From Antedon mediterranea (lineage: Eukaryota; Animalia; Echinodermata), in NCBI RefSeq assembly GCF_964355755.1, contig NC_092677.1:9074101-9138100 (forward strand): 64,000 bases of DNA, given 5' to 3'. Positions 13,314 to 25,901 of this stretch are shown in pieces (positions within the stretch are counted from its first letter, which is position 1; every line of letters begins with the position of its first letter). The notes under the pieces are model-generated. The model ran no database searches and was not told the DNA's origin. It saw only the letters and a program-made list of their open reading frames with translations. The position numbers were made by a program, and so were the translations under genes.

Positions 13314-13337
13314 CCGTTGACCTACTTCCGGAGGAAC
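13314..13337 (-). CDS. Candidate 24-nt microexon (G)SSGSRST
   Basis: cgtttgttttag|GTTCCTCCGGAAGTAGGTCAACGG|gtatgt; length preserves the frame. Confidence 0.4.
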
Positions 13338-16300
13338 CTAAAACAAACGTGATGTTAAGACACATCTACAACATAATTAAATTCAAACGCCACTCTCCCA
13401 AATAGTTAATGTTCCTGTGTGATACTGATCTGTTTTCTTTTGTTAACGGCTCAGCGAACGATTCCCACTGGTTATCGAAATCTACAAACATACCTAGCTG
13501 TAAATGGAACCTTCCACTCCATATGAAACCATTACAGGTAGATGCTATATTTTGTCATCAAAGTTTAATATGATAACAATTTCAGGAACCACTTATTGAA
13601 ATATATTTCTATATTTAGATTGAACACCTAGGTAACTTAACTGAACCAAGAGGCCCAGACATAAAGGGGTATGAGACACAATATAGGACTAGATTAGATT
13701 AGATAACAAAGCTGTACAGTACCATCTGCTATAACAGATTTTAAGACACAAAGGAAGCAATTACGCAACATTACATTAATAAATAACACCAAAAATAAAA
13801 CACATTTATTTTGCAATAGATTAAATCATTTTGTTTACTTAAAGGATATTGTATTTTTTGAATTCATCAATTTTAGGATATCAAAACACATATAAATAAA
13901 TAAGAAAAATAATTATTTTATATTTATTAAATTCTCAAAAAAACATATTTTACATAATTGGAATTAAAACCAAGGATCCTTTAATCACACGGAGTAGTGA
14001 ATGCAATTTTTTATCCAAAAATCTTTTTTTAGGGCTGAATAAAAAAATATTTTAGTCATCCATCAGATGAAAAACATACATAAAATAAATAAAATAATAG
14101 GGTTTATACATTTATATTTGAAATGTCTATGAATGGTAGGCGTATAATTGCTGACCTAGGAAATGTTAGCATGGTTGACAAAATCTATCCCAAGAAAGGC
14201 CTCTGCAACCACAAGCCTCAACAGCTGGTGTTCACAAAAGTAAGTTTAAGACTTTAAAAAGACAATATATTTAGAAATTTTTTTTTCAGAATTAAAACTT
14301 GAAATGGAACTATTTTAGGATAGATAAAAGCTAAAAGAAAATCTTGCAACCAATGAATGCTTCTTCAAACTCCTGCTTACTATTTTTCTCTATTTGTAGT
14401 TTTTTTTCTCAATAAATCATCCTGCACATTTAGATGTTGGTAAGCATTTATCAGCTCAAATTAGCTATACCTTGTCATTTATGTTGTTGATGACAATACA
14501 GATAATAATTGGTAACTGTTTTGAGGTTGAGGAAGGATGAGTTTTTGTTTGGAAAGTTGTTGCTGAAACTTAAAATTAGTTAAGTATTTTGGTTTGCTAT
14601 ATCTGCTCTTCCATATTATCTCTAAACAAAGAAAAGATAGTAAGTGGGCTGGTAGGTAGGTAACTGAACCAAAAAACTATCAACATACAAGTTCACTATT
14701 TTAGAAAGTTAAAAAAAGAGTTAAGAGTTGCGAAAAATAGATACGCACCCAGCATATGCACTGTACACAGTGAAAATCCACAGCAAGTTGTTGCCTTTAA
14801 CAATCGTGGAAAAAAATACCGGTTTAAACCAGTTTAGAAGACATGCGTAGTAACATGAAGTATATCATTACACTGTCATCATGGATAACATGAACAAATT
14901 TTCCATCAACTTTTGGGCATTTTTTGTTTAAAATGCTATCAATTTGAACATTTTATTTAAAAACGAGTTTAGATTAAGTAGATTTATGCTGAAAGTTTTG
15001 AAAAACTCCAGAGAAGTTCAGAGAAGACATAAATTTATAAAAGCAAACAAATTAATAGAAAATATTTATTGCTGTCAACTGTCATTTCTTTCTTTTGTTC
15101 CAAAATACTTAAAACAGTTAAATTTTTCTTTGGGTCCAATCATTTCAGAATTAGTTATCTAAATCCAGAGATTTTCACAGAAAACTGCATAGATGCTTTA
15201 TTACCAAACCAAACATGCACAAAATCTGCGACCAGTCCTATCATATCCGGTTAAGTTGTTGAATGATAACACTGCTAAACATTTTGTAATGATTAATAAT
15301 GTCTTTTGTTTCTGCTAATATTTTACTAAAGTTACTAAAGTTAAAGCTAATTGTACATAATATTTGGATGTTTTTTCTGTCTGTTAAAATTTGACGCATT
15401 TTAGCCTTTGGCCGCCTTTAATTGGTGAATAAATTATACCTTTTTATATGGATAAGAAACCTCTTGTTTAAATCTGATATTAGTACTCTTTAAAAATGAT
15501 TTAGTTCATATTTTTTTCACTCACCATACTGCTGTAGGCCAAAAGAAAGTCTAATTGTAATATGAAATAGGAATTTAAAAGGGATTTTGGATTGGATACC
15601 ATCACCAGTGGTTTAAACAATTGTTACCAGTTGGAAGGTAAATATAGCATCGATTTGGCGCTACTATCGATGCTCCTGTGGGCCACCGGTACCCAGCCAC
15701 AGAATTATAAAAAAAGAAAATTTAATCAAACTGAAATATAATTTGGAATTTGAAATACACGCAATTAAATGTTTTTACTTTGATACTTGTGACGACAGAC
15801 GACCTACACATCTTCTGGAGTGAAGAGTAAACTTACTCCCAAACAGTAAACTATTTCTATTTGAGTGTTATGACCAAAGTTTATAAATACCTATAATGTA
15901 AACCTACAGTAATAGCATAAAATAAATGAAATTACACCAAATAATTAATTTTATTAAATTATTAAATTAATCAAAACACAAATTTGGTATTAAATATACA
16001 ATGTTAATTAGACAAATATTGAAATATAAACACATAAAAGCAATTTGTGAGTATAAACCGTTAGTGTTGTTTTATTACTATTAGAATATTTTAATTTATT
16101 GAAACTTCTGACCCACTTAAAAAAGATTAAACTCCTTTTACAGTAGTTTTAAAATTAATTCAAAAAGTTAGAAATATCATTTGTTTATCAATATAATAAT
16201 TTAGACCAGTAAAGAAATAGGTAATCCATATTAAAAATGAAGGTATCTTTTTATCAATATCTTAATATAAATAATACAATATGGTTCTCTAATCAAAACA

Positions 16301-18500
16301 ATATATATTTTATACACACTATGTTCTCAAGGATAACTCTATATCACATCTGCTCACCTACACACATCATATCACATTAACTAACTGAACGTAGTTAACA
16401 GAATGCAGCATTGCACATAAAAACATCTTTCCTCATTAGCCTAGAGGGCCTCAGTCATTTATTCAGCAGCAGGGGAGTCTGTCTGGATTGGTAGACAGTC
16501 CTTGACTTTGACCTGAGAATTTATGGGGCCAACCTTGGGTCATTAAACTTTTTTTCTTACTTTGTGATAGAGGGAGCTATCACTATTTTAGATAAATTTC
16601 TTTGGAATATTCAATTGTTACTGCTAAATTTACTAATAAAATGATTGTAACTGTAGAATAGTAGAAACTGACACTTTTAATTTTGTTCAAAAAAATATAT
16701 AAACAGTGTAATCAAACATTATAAATATTGTATAATGAATTTTGGTTAATAATTTTTAAGTTCATGAAGTGAAAAAACATATATAATGAAGATTAATAAA
16801 ATTATCTTTAGATGATATTGATTTATAATAATTTTATCAATAACAATTGTCAGAAAAAGAATTTAAGTTAATATTTAAGTTTATGAGATTAAATTTGCAT
16901 AGTTTGCTTTAGTATTTAAAATGATTTTACAACAAAAAAAATCTTTATTTTTTTATTGTTAAGTACTTTGCGTAATATGATTAGGAAAATCAATGACCAG
17001 GAACAGATATAGACAGATAAATTAATAAAGTGGAATTTTAATATAATAATTATTATTATTTAACAACGATCTTCCTGCAGATGTATTAGGAAGTGTCATG
17101 TCTAGCTATTGTTAAACTTAAAAGGAAATAATATATTATAATAAATTTATTGATCTAAAATTAATATTTAATTTCCATTTCATTAGAAAAACAAGGTTAT
17201 TGTTTTGCTACACCATTGTATTTTGTTTCATATTTGTTTAAAGATGTATTTTCTCAACAAAAAAACATGAAAAAATAAGTTAAATAAAATCTGACTTTGA
17301 ATATGCCATTGTGCATTTTTATTAAAGTTATTCATTTCCATATGGAAAAAAAATCTCCAATAAACAGTGATTTCACTTAAGACATAAATTTAATCAAAAA
17401 CCATTGTCTGGCAGATAATTTTTTTTATTTTTTGCTTTAATTTACAGTGTTTTCAGGTATATATTTTTTATCCCAATGTATTGTTATGACATTAAAATGG
17501 CATATTCAACAACATTATTATTAAAAATATATCACTAAATTCTAGAATTTGTTATATTGAAACTAATGTTAAATAATGTTTTAAAAATTTAATAAAAAGA
17601 ATTATGGAGAGATTTTAATAAATTAAAATAGATTCAGCCAGCATTCTCATAAAACAATTTTACAACTTGCCTAAACAGGTAAATAAATGATCCAAAAATA
17701 ATTACCATTTGGAAATGTCTTATTATTTGTTCTTAATCTTAAATATAAAATACTTTTATACTATAATGACTATTATTCTGATTTCCAAGACCAGTTTGTG
17801 CTAAAAAATAAGAAAACCAAATATTGATTTAATTTAATATTTGAAAAACCTCTGATATTTAAACTGAAATAAATAATTATTAAGTGAACGTTGCATATTA
17901 ATTACTAAAATAATATTCATTTTGCAATATCAATATCAGCAATATACCCCAAAATTGAAGTGGACAAATAACTTGCTTGCATTGTCTGAAGAAATCAAAT
18001 ATTATGGGTCATTTAACAATATGGGTCACTTAACAATAGTAGGCCACAGCAGATGACCTTTCCTTCAATCTGCATGAGGTACTCGTTTTTAAGACCGGGC
18101 GTTAAGGCTAGGCCCCATTTGCTGGCCAGTCATTTAAAACGGAAGTCGATTGAAGACAGTTTTTTACAGCTACTTCCTTCTAGCTAAACAAAAAAATGAA
18201 AAGCAGGTGGTAGAGATCGACCCTAAAGAAGCGATATGATTTTGATCGGAGGTGAGATAGGTCTCCAAGGTCAAGAATTAGATCATAGAATAAACAATAT
18301 TACCAATGATGATCAAGATCAAATCTGACAAAAATTGATAACAGAGTCGAAATCGACATTGTTTATTTATTTTATCAAATAACACTAAGCACAAACTGAG
18401 CAGGCTAAAATTAATAACTAAATCTGTCAAAATGGTTTGTATTTAATAACAATAATAAATCAACCTGATGGATAACATTAATAAAGGAGTCTGTTATAAA

Positions 18501-18762
18501 GAGTGGAGTTGTGGCTTGGTGGTTATGACGCTTCCTTGGCTACCACTCCAAGGGTCCTGGGTTGAAGTCCCGTCACATGTCAGGATTTTTTCTAAGGACA
18601 AAATTACTCCACTCCCAAAGACTTGTAATAAGACTTTGTTTATGTAGAGCATCTTGTGTATATGTTTGTCTTGTGAACCTCTGAGGGTCACTAATGATCA
18701 GCATAGCTGGATGGATCACCCTCATTAAATATGGTTTTAAAAAAATAAATAAATAAATAAAA
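18501..18762 (+). mobile_element. tRNA-derived SINE, copy 3 (full head, third tail type)
   Basis: A-box TGGCTTGGTGG, B-box GGTTGAAGTCC, shared core, tail stem GAGGGT...ACCCTC, (AAAT)n end. Confidence 0.9.
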
Positions 18763-19204
18763 TCTGAAAGAATAAAGTTCTATATTGGTTATTTATTTTT
18801 TACAATAAACCTTTTTAATCATTACATTTAATATATTTTATTATACAATTGAATGTGTCCTTACTATAGGATTAGTTCATTTTGTATCATGTGTCATTCA
18901 ATATTAGTTCTATTGCACGGGTAAAATGGTTCTATTGCATGTTCAAATTTTTGTGCAAGAGGGTAGTGACTAATGAGTAATCATAAAAAAAACCTGTAGT
19001 GTATGCCATCTTTTAACTGCTTCGACATAATTTTTTCCCTAGTTTTGAGAGTTGTTAATGGAATTTGATGGCAGACCTTTTACAAGATCACCTAGCTAAC
19101 TCTGGAGTATAACCAACCAGGACGGCAACACTTTTATTTTGTATGATAGGTACCTTGGCAATGTGAAAGAGATAAAAATCATCCCTACTGTAAATCAATA
19201 ATAT

Positions 19205-19716
19205 ATTTATATATAAACACAACAGGCATAGAAATAAATTCCAAACCGCCCGGTGATACACTGAAAATTATTTAATTAATTAATTTGAAACGATAAAGAT
19301 GAGGAAATCTGTGAGAATGAGAAAAAGTCGCCCCAACCGAGCCTCGAACTCGGACCGCCTGCTTGATATGCAGATTTCCTAACCATTAGACCACTGGGGC
19401 TTTCATTGTATTGTTCAAACTCGATTGGATAGCGACTCTTTAACATTCTCAGCGTGGTACGACGGAACAGCACTAGTCCTCAGTTGTACGCATGCGCACC
19501 AGAAATCAAATTGATACGCCCTCATCTTTCAGTATTTATCGGTGATATACTGAAATTTAATTAATTAATTTGAAACGATATATATATATATATATATAAA
19601 CACAAGAGGCAAAGAACATTAATTCTAAACCGCCCGGTGATATACTGAAATTTAATTAATTAATTTGAAACGATAAAGATGAGGAAATCTGTGAGAATGA
19701 GAAAAAGTCGCCCCAA
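19205..19716 (-). mobile_element. tRNA-carrying repeat element with terminal direct repeats, partial tandem dimer in (AT)n
   Basis: About 130 bp at 19209-19336 recurs at 19593-19716; a ~40-bp repeat CGGTGATA(C/T)ACTGAAA...TTGAAACGATA at 19251, 19540 and 19635; (AT)n between units. Confidence 0.7.
19329..19400 (-). tRNA. tRNA-Asp(ATC)-like gene or pseudogene inside a repeat
   Basis: 72-nt cloverleaf: acceptor GCCCCAG/TTGGGGC, anticodon arm TCTGC-ATATCAA-GCAGG, T arm CCGAG-TTCGAGG-CTCGG, G73, T5 terminator 2 nt downstream. Atypical A32 and G10.A25. Confidence 0.7.
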
Positions 19717-19878
19717 TGTATTGAGGAAGGGTTAGTTACCCAAAAGCTCTGACAATTCCTTTCTGGCTGGTTTACTTTTGTCATTTATATAAATTTAGCA
19801 ATTGCTTATTTTTAGTTGTATCTCCATTAAGATCCAGTCACTGCATTGTCATTTTTTTCAGTAATTTGCTTTTTTTGA
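19717..19878 (+). mobile_element. Hammerhead-bearing dispersed repeat, copy C (diverged)
   Basis: TTGAGGA-AGGGT-TAGTT-ACCC-AAAAGCTC-TGAC, then family body GTATCTCCATTAAGATCCAGTCACTG...CAGTAATTTGC. Confidence 0.7.
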
Positions 19879-20976
19879 TGTATAATTATTTATTTATAAT
19901 TTAGTATATTATACGTCAATCATTTAAATGTTTTGGGATGAATCGCTTACTGACCAATAACTATAGCGGAAAATCCAATAACATCTATAATTAAACACCG
20001 CAGTAAAGCTATTAGTTTAATGTAACTCATGAAGTCACATGATGTCTGAAACGAAATCAGTAATGCGTAGCGAAAAATATTCGCAATACAAAGTGGTGGA
20101 CAGGCCCAAAAGCCAAAATATTTGCCTAAAGTAAAATCACTTGAAATCATAGATGAAAAATATTATGACATTTTTCTTTATAGAGCCCGACTTCCATATC
20201 CTACTATTGGCATTAAAAGAAACAAAACAACCGTAAAATACCTTTAAAAGTAACTTTTGGGGAAAAAAACAAGGTAGGCCTACAGATTAATAAAAACCTG
20301 ACCTGTTCAATGAATCTGGATCAACAACTAAAACATTTTTCTACAATATTACGAAAACCTGTATCAAATTGGTTTCTCAGACAATTTTGCGGAAGTGAGT
20401 AACGTAAAAAGGTTGTATTGGCTCAAGGGCCAGTTTACAACTTAAACTATTACTTCTTGTCAATTCCCCCTTTGCAGAAAAAAATGTTAAAAGGGGAAAA
20501 GCAAGCTATTGATTCAATATAATTATAACACCTTTCTTGTTATTCTGGATTAATATGTCAAATTAAGTTTGTTTTAATATCTGTGATAAAAAAAATTACA
20601 ACAAAAATGTTGAACTTTATGCAACATTTAGAGTATACTAAATACTTTTATTTTTAAATCACAAGCATTTAACGATACGCAAAATTAAGGAGTACAGTTA
20701 CGTACATGAATCGCTGTTCAACAAACTTTCTATTTTGCGGCCTAAAATCACAAACTTGGGCCATTGACCATAGTTTTCAGAACGTCGCATTAGATGACAA
20801 TTATTTCACCGCAATAACATTACAATGATGGAATAGGGAAAATTACACAAACAGTGGTGTTGGTTGCCGCTTACCTGGATAATACAACAATAGCCTTAGA
20901 TTCTCCTTGAAGAGTAAGATATTGTATAACTCAAAAATAGAAAATTTAATGAACACTCTTCTTCACAAATGATATA

Positions 20977-21535
20977 CAGTAGAACCTCCATTTTACGTAC
21001 GGTACGGGACCAAAAGGCGTACGTAAAACAAGGTTGACCTTAAATTAACCCCCAAATACGTAGATCATAGCTAAAAAGACTGCCGTGTTTGCCTACAGCA
21101 TGCAGGTGGTCACTAGCTTAGCTAGGCCTAGGCCCTTCCTAGACTAATCTAGGCCAGGCCTAGACATGTCTTTGACATGTTTTATGATTTTTATGTTTTT
21201 TTGATGAATAAAATGAATGAAATGAAATGAAATGAAGGCTAGTAGGCCTAGCAAGATGTGAGGCCTAGAAAAGTACAGTATATACAGGCTGTGCGATTTA
21301 GCTTAAATAAAGTGTTATAAATAAAAATATAAATGTTCTTGTATTTTCTATCATTAAAAACAGTCGCTGCTGTTGGGGAATGCACATAAGTTCCTCACAC
21401 AGCCATGGCTTTGTGCTTTGTTGTTTGTTAAATTGCGCCCTCAATGTAAGAAAATGATGACGTCCTCGGTCATTTTAAGCGTACGTAAAATAAAGGGAAC
21501 GTAAAATCAGGGTACGTAAAACGAAGGTTCTACTG
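20977..21535. mobile_element. Tc1/mariner (pogo/Tigger-type) MITE
   Basis: 24-bp TIRs CAGTAGAACCTCCATTTTACGTAC and CAGTAGAACCTTCGTTTTACGTAC (2 mismatches), TA on both sides, subterminal CGTAAAA repeats. Confidence 0.92.
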
Positions 21536-22885
21536 TAGTCACATTTTTTTCTTTGAGACATGGAAGAATATACATATCTTCAAATACAAAACAGTCGTTG
21601 CTTGTTGCACAGTTTACGCATAATATTTTAATGTAAAAAGGAATTCAAGTAGAGGCCACCACAGCTACCTCAATGGGTGATTTGACAACTCTCAGTTGAT
21701 TTGACCGGTGGCTCTTATGCATATGAGAATGACCAAAAGATTTAACCAAACTGGACAGCTACTTTCATTGAAAAGTCTAGTGCAAAGAGACATAATATAC
21801 ACCTTATAGGTATACAAACTTGTATATTGTTCTATTTAAAAATACTGTACTAACTAAAAACATATAATGTCACTGTCGACAAACGCAATATGCATAGGAG
21901 TATTTAAAAGAACTCAAGCAAAAAATGGTATATAGGCTAAACGATGCTAAATGATATGGCAGTAGATATGCTAATTGCATATGTCTACACATTTGTAATA
22001 AGTGGTAGAGAGGTACAGGCAGGGTAGTATTAATAAACAGTAATCTCTGTAGAATTTATATAGTAAGAAGATCTGCATTATTCATAATAATAAAATATTA
22101 AAAAAACATATATCTTAATTCACTTATTAAAATCATCATTTTATTCATTAATGTAAAAAGATGTTCATAAAGTGCTTCAAAAAAAATATTTTTTAGAATA
22201 ACGCCTCAACCGCAAATAATGGGTTTTGTTTATCACATAATTTTACAAAAATGTTTTCACTTGAAAATCCAGGATCTGACACTGAATTCAATTGTATCAA
22301 AAAAAAGGTTTTTATAATTAGTTGGTCTTCATGAACAATCCATTTAATCTTCAATCATTTTATATGTTTTGCATAATTTATCTTTAATCTGGCAATCTTT
22401 GTTTCAGAGGGATGATACAGGATATTTGAAAAATATTGCTGTACAGAAAAATAATCTATTATATATTATTATATTTTCAATGAGGAATTGTGTTTGCAGA
22501 ACCTTGTCTGTAAACATATGCAATAGATCTATACAAAAGCATTAGAATATTTTAAATGAGCTGCTGCCTGGTAGAGCATGATAAATTAATATATACTGCA
22601 CTATGAATCAATACTCATCAGACAGACTGTAGCAGCCGACATGGTTTGACATTCAGAATCATTGCACAAGACACTTAATTGTGTTCTGAAGCCAAGCGGA
22701 TCGAGGTGGGGTAAGGGGAGGTTGGTTATGGGATAGGGGGTGTTGATGAACTGGCTATACAGTAATTCTCATACGGTTGTTCTTCTGATAGCCAAAATAA
22801 ACAGAACTTTAATTTTGACAGACTAAAATAATTATTATAAAATTATAAATTATAGAATGTAGTAAAATCACAGCTGTACGTGGAG

Positions 22886-23330
22886 ATGACTCTCCAGAAG
22901 GTGCAGAATTAAGCAGCTCGTTTGGTGATGTGTGCAAAAAATGATCATGTTACACTATTGTTAAAAGAGTTAAATTTGCTACCCGTGAGTTGTGTGTTCA
23001 ATTTAAGATCCTGCTGCTGGTGTTCGAATGCCTAAATAGTTGTGCTCCCAAATACCTCTCAGAATTATTGACAATGCGGAGAGAAAGCAAGAACTAAGAT
23101 CTAGTCATCAGGCGCTACTGGACATTCTGAGAAGCAAACATAGTTGGGGAGATCGGACTTTCAGTATTGCTGGACCTAGGCTCTGGAACCACCTACCTTT
23201 GAACATTAAACAAACATAAGCACCTTTACCTCATTACTCAAAACTCACATTTTCTGATAGTTTTGGCAGCGCCATGAGCAATGACTGTTTGACGGGCGCT
23301 ATATAAATTGAACGATTATTGATTGATTGA
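22886..23330 (+). mobile_element. L2-clade LINE 3' fragment (pseudogenised ORF2 C-terminus and tail)
   Basis: With frameshifts it translates to LQKVQN*AARLV..DHVTLLLKELNLLPV..QFKILLLVFECLNSCAPKYLSELL..LRS..WGDRTFSIAGPRLWNHLP, the L2 ORF2 end; tail GCGCC...GGCGCTATATAAAT then (GATT)n. Confidence 0.92.
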
Positions 23331-23395
23331 GATGCGCCCTTAAAAACGTACAGAAGGATTGGGAGCCTGGGTCAAGGAGTGTATGTTTAACTCAC

Positions 23396-23411
23396 CCATT
23401 TATAGCGTACC
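23396..23411 (-). other. Candidate 16-nt microexon
   Basis: gttcttacgcag|GGTACGCTATAAATGG|gtgagt. Confidence 0.35.
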
Positions 23412-23904
23412 CTGCGTAAGAACTCTCCCTTGGTATTTATTACTATATTTTAACATGCTAGTAGTTTTTTTAGTTAGCCTGTAAATAACCACTTTTATTA
23501 GTAAAGTGTGATGGTATAGTATAGCATGCTCTGATACCCCCCTCCCCCACTTTTAGTTGTCAAATGGCAGATAAGTATAGTCTATGCTACATCATCAGTA
23601 AAAGAATAGTACGCCTAGGCTAGGCCTAGTCTATAGTGGACTGTCATCATTAGCATATTTATTCGTGCAATTAAAACAGATGTGTATTGTGTTATTATGA
23701 TAGGAAAGTAAAGTAGATGAGAGCACACAAAAAATACCAGTATGTTGTCAATTTACTTCTTTTTTATCATGATTCCATCTTAAATAACAATCTGATTAGA
23801 GAAGCTAGAATGAGCGCAGGATGGATTCTCCACATCGCTCGTGGGGAAAAACAAGGAGGCAGACGAAACAATGTTCAGCAGAAAATGAAGCAAAAAGAAC
23901 TCAC

Positions 23905-24060
23905 CTTTCAATCGACACACTTTCACCAAGCCATGAACCATCGTTAAGATGCATGCAACCAGAAGAGAAATAAAAACAATAGCTAAGCCATGGACAGCAA
24001 CCACCAATTTCCATTCAAAAAATACTTTCGCACCGGCGAGGTCGCGAGGACAGCAGCTGA
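23905..24060 (-). promoter_or_regulatory. Candidate first exon and CpG-rich promoter; possible N-terminus MHLNDGSWLGESVSIE (ATG 23954)
   Basis: Consensus donor AAAG|gtgagt at 23904; GTCGCGAG motif at about 24041; CpG-rich patch 24025-24190. Confidence 0.45.
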
Positions 24061-25901
24061 TGTAACGTTACAAAATCCGAGGTGACTGCTTAGCTAGCTG
24101 AGTTCGTACATATAATAATCGCAATTGTCTTATTCTCGGCTGATCATTGGACCGTTTAGTTGGTTACAAGAATTGCCGTTTTGATCATCGTTGTTATCAT
24201 TTTAATTCCCTAATTAATTTTTTTCAACAAATCAATGCTAAAATACTACGTCATAAATTGTTAAAATCATAATTATAATATTATTCTATGAATTTGTACT
24301 TCAAATAAACATAATTTAATCAATCTGCGCTTAACTACAACCCAGACGAAAATTATTCTTAGTACCAAATGTGCCGGTTTCATCAAACATGGCTAAGTCC
24401 GCGAAAAATTTGAAATCATAAATCGCTATAATGTACTAAAGTATTCAAAATAGGTACAAACTAGTTTCATTAATTACACACTTGTTTGATTGTTTTTTAA
24501 TCTGTACATAGTATTCACTCGGTACCAGTCTGGGCAATGTGGTCAACAATAATGTAATGTGAGGCAACATGGGAGGGCCCGGGTGGGTTTGAAATAGGCC
24601 TATTTTAGGCCTACGTTTTGATAATTGTGCGACAACAGAGGCATTGATGCAAGTAAGGTTTTTTAAGTTTAACAATTTCATGGACAATATTAGGCCTATA
24701 ATGAATATAAACACCTGCGACATAATTAATACATGCTCAGCAAGTAGCACTATTCTGAGCATGAGTATCTGGGCGCCCCTGGGCATTATGTCTTATAGCA
24801 TCCGAATACTGTAAAGAAAAACACACAGACAAGTTCAATTTTATTAATTAGATAATACTTCCTGTTCTGTAATATCAGTGCAGGTCACAGGGAGGTCATC
24901 ATTCTATAGGGCAAGGTGTGTTGGTCTGTGTCCGGTAGGTCACCGTATTTAATGTTAATGCCATTTGCGATTACTGTCTGTAGGCCTATAAGGTTTTGTA
25001 GGACTAGTATTTTATACATCGAATTTTAAATAATTTACAGTTAGGCCTAATTCTAAAACCGTAGACCTAAGAGTGACTCTTTGATTCCCAACTTTTACAC
25101 ACAATACCGGTATTAATCGTACCCCACACTCAACATTTCTCCTTCTGTAGCCCATACCCACAACACACCCAAAATACGTATCCGCGCCAAAATTGAACGC
25201 TTTAGCAAACCCGACCACGTGTTGGCATTTAGTCATTGTGTCAGAACTTGATGCTAATTATGAGGGCGCACCATCATATAATTATTAGAAATATATAATA
25301 AGTAGGCCTTCAATACTTGGTAACAACACCACGTACATTAAAAAGGCAATAATTTAATTTAACAAATATAATAACTTATCCATGACTTGGTGTGAATAAT
25401 AAATATTAGGCCTAATAAACTGTGTGTTAAAATTGTCTAAAAATAAATGCGAATGAATAATGATATGATAAGTTAAAATTCACAGAAGGTAATGACATGA
25501 TCTGGTTGTTTCTCTGCCATTTTGTATTTAATTCCTCCTTGTTACAATTACATCCTAAAATGCGACTCGGTGTAGGTTGTTTTTTCTGTTTTAAAGAAAT
25601 CAATTTTGTACTCTGAAAGAAAAAAAATCATCAACGATTGTTGAATTGCCATTTTAACTTCACACTTTAACCAAACAATGAAGTGCTGTCTAGGTTATCA
25701 GAAATTATCCATCGTATTTTGTAGCTCATTACATAAGTAGAAAACAGGAAGGACAGCATTTCAAACTTCAGTCCTTTCCACCACCAATGAGATGTATTAA
25801 AGTGGGGAAGATTTTAATATGATACGGTATTCACTTGTTTGTTCTGTTGGTTCGTTGCATCAAAATGTTGAAGCTTCTTGTTTTGAGTAGGTCAACGGTT
25901 A

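Noticed and set aside
14166-14224. VEACGCR resembling a TGF-beta/BMP C-terminus
   Set aside because: None of the other cystine-knot motifs are found upstream, and the frame continues past the motif.
18058-18185. KEVAVK kinase-like motif in a candidate minus-strand exon
   Set aside because: A stop follows within about 20 codons and no other kinase subdomains are present; all three frames contain stops.
19440-19490. CTGAGGA box on the minus strand of the tRNA-carrying element
   Set aside because: No properly placed GAAA or convincing stems, so it is not called a hammerhead.
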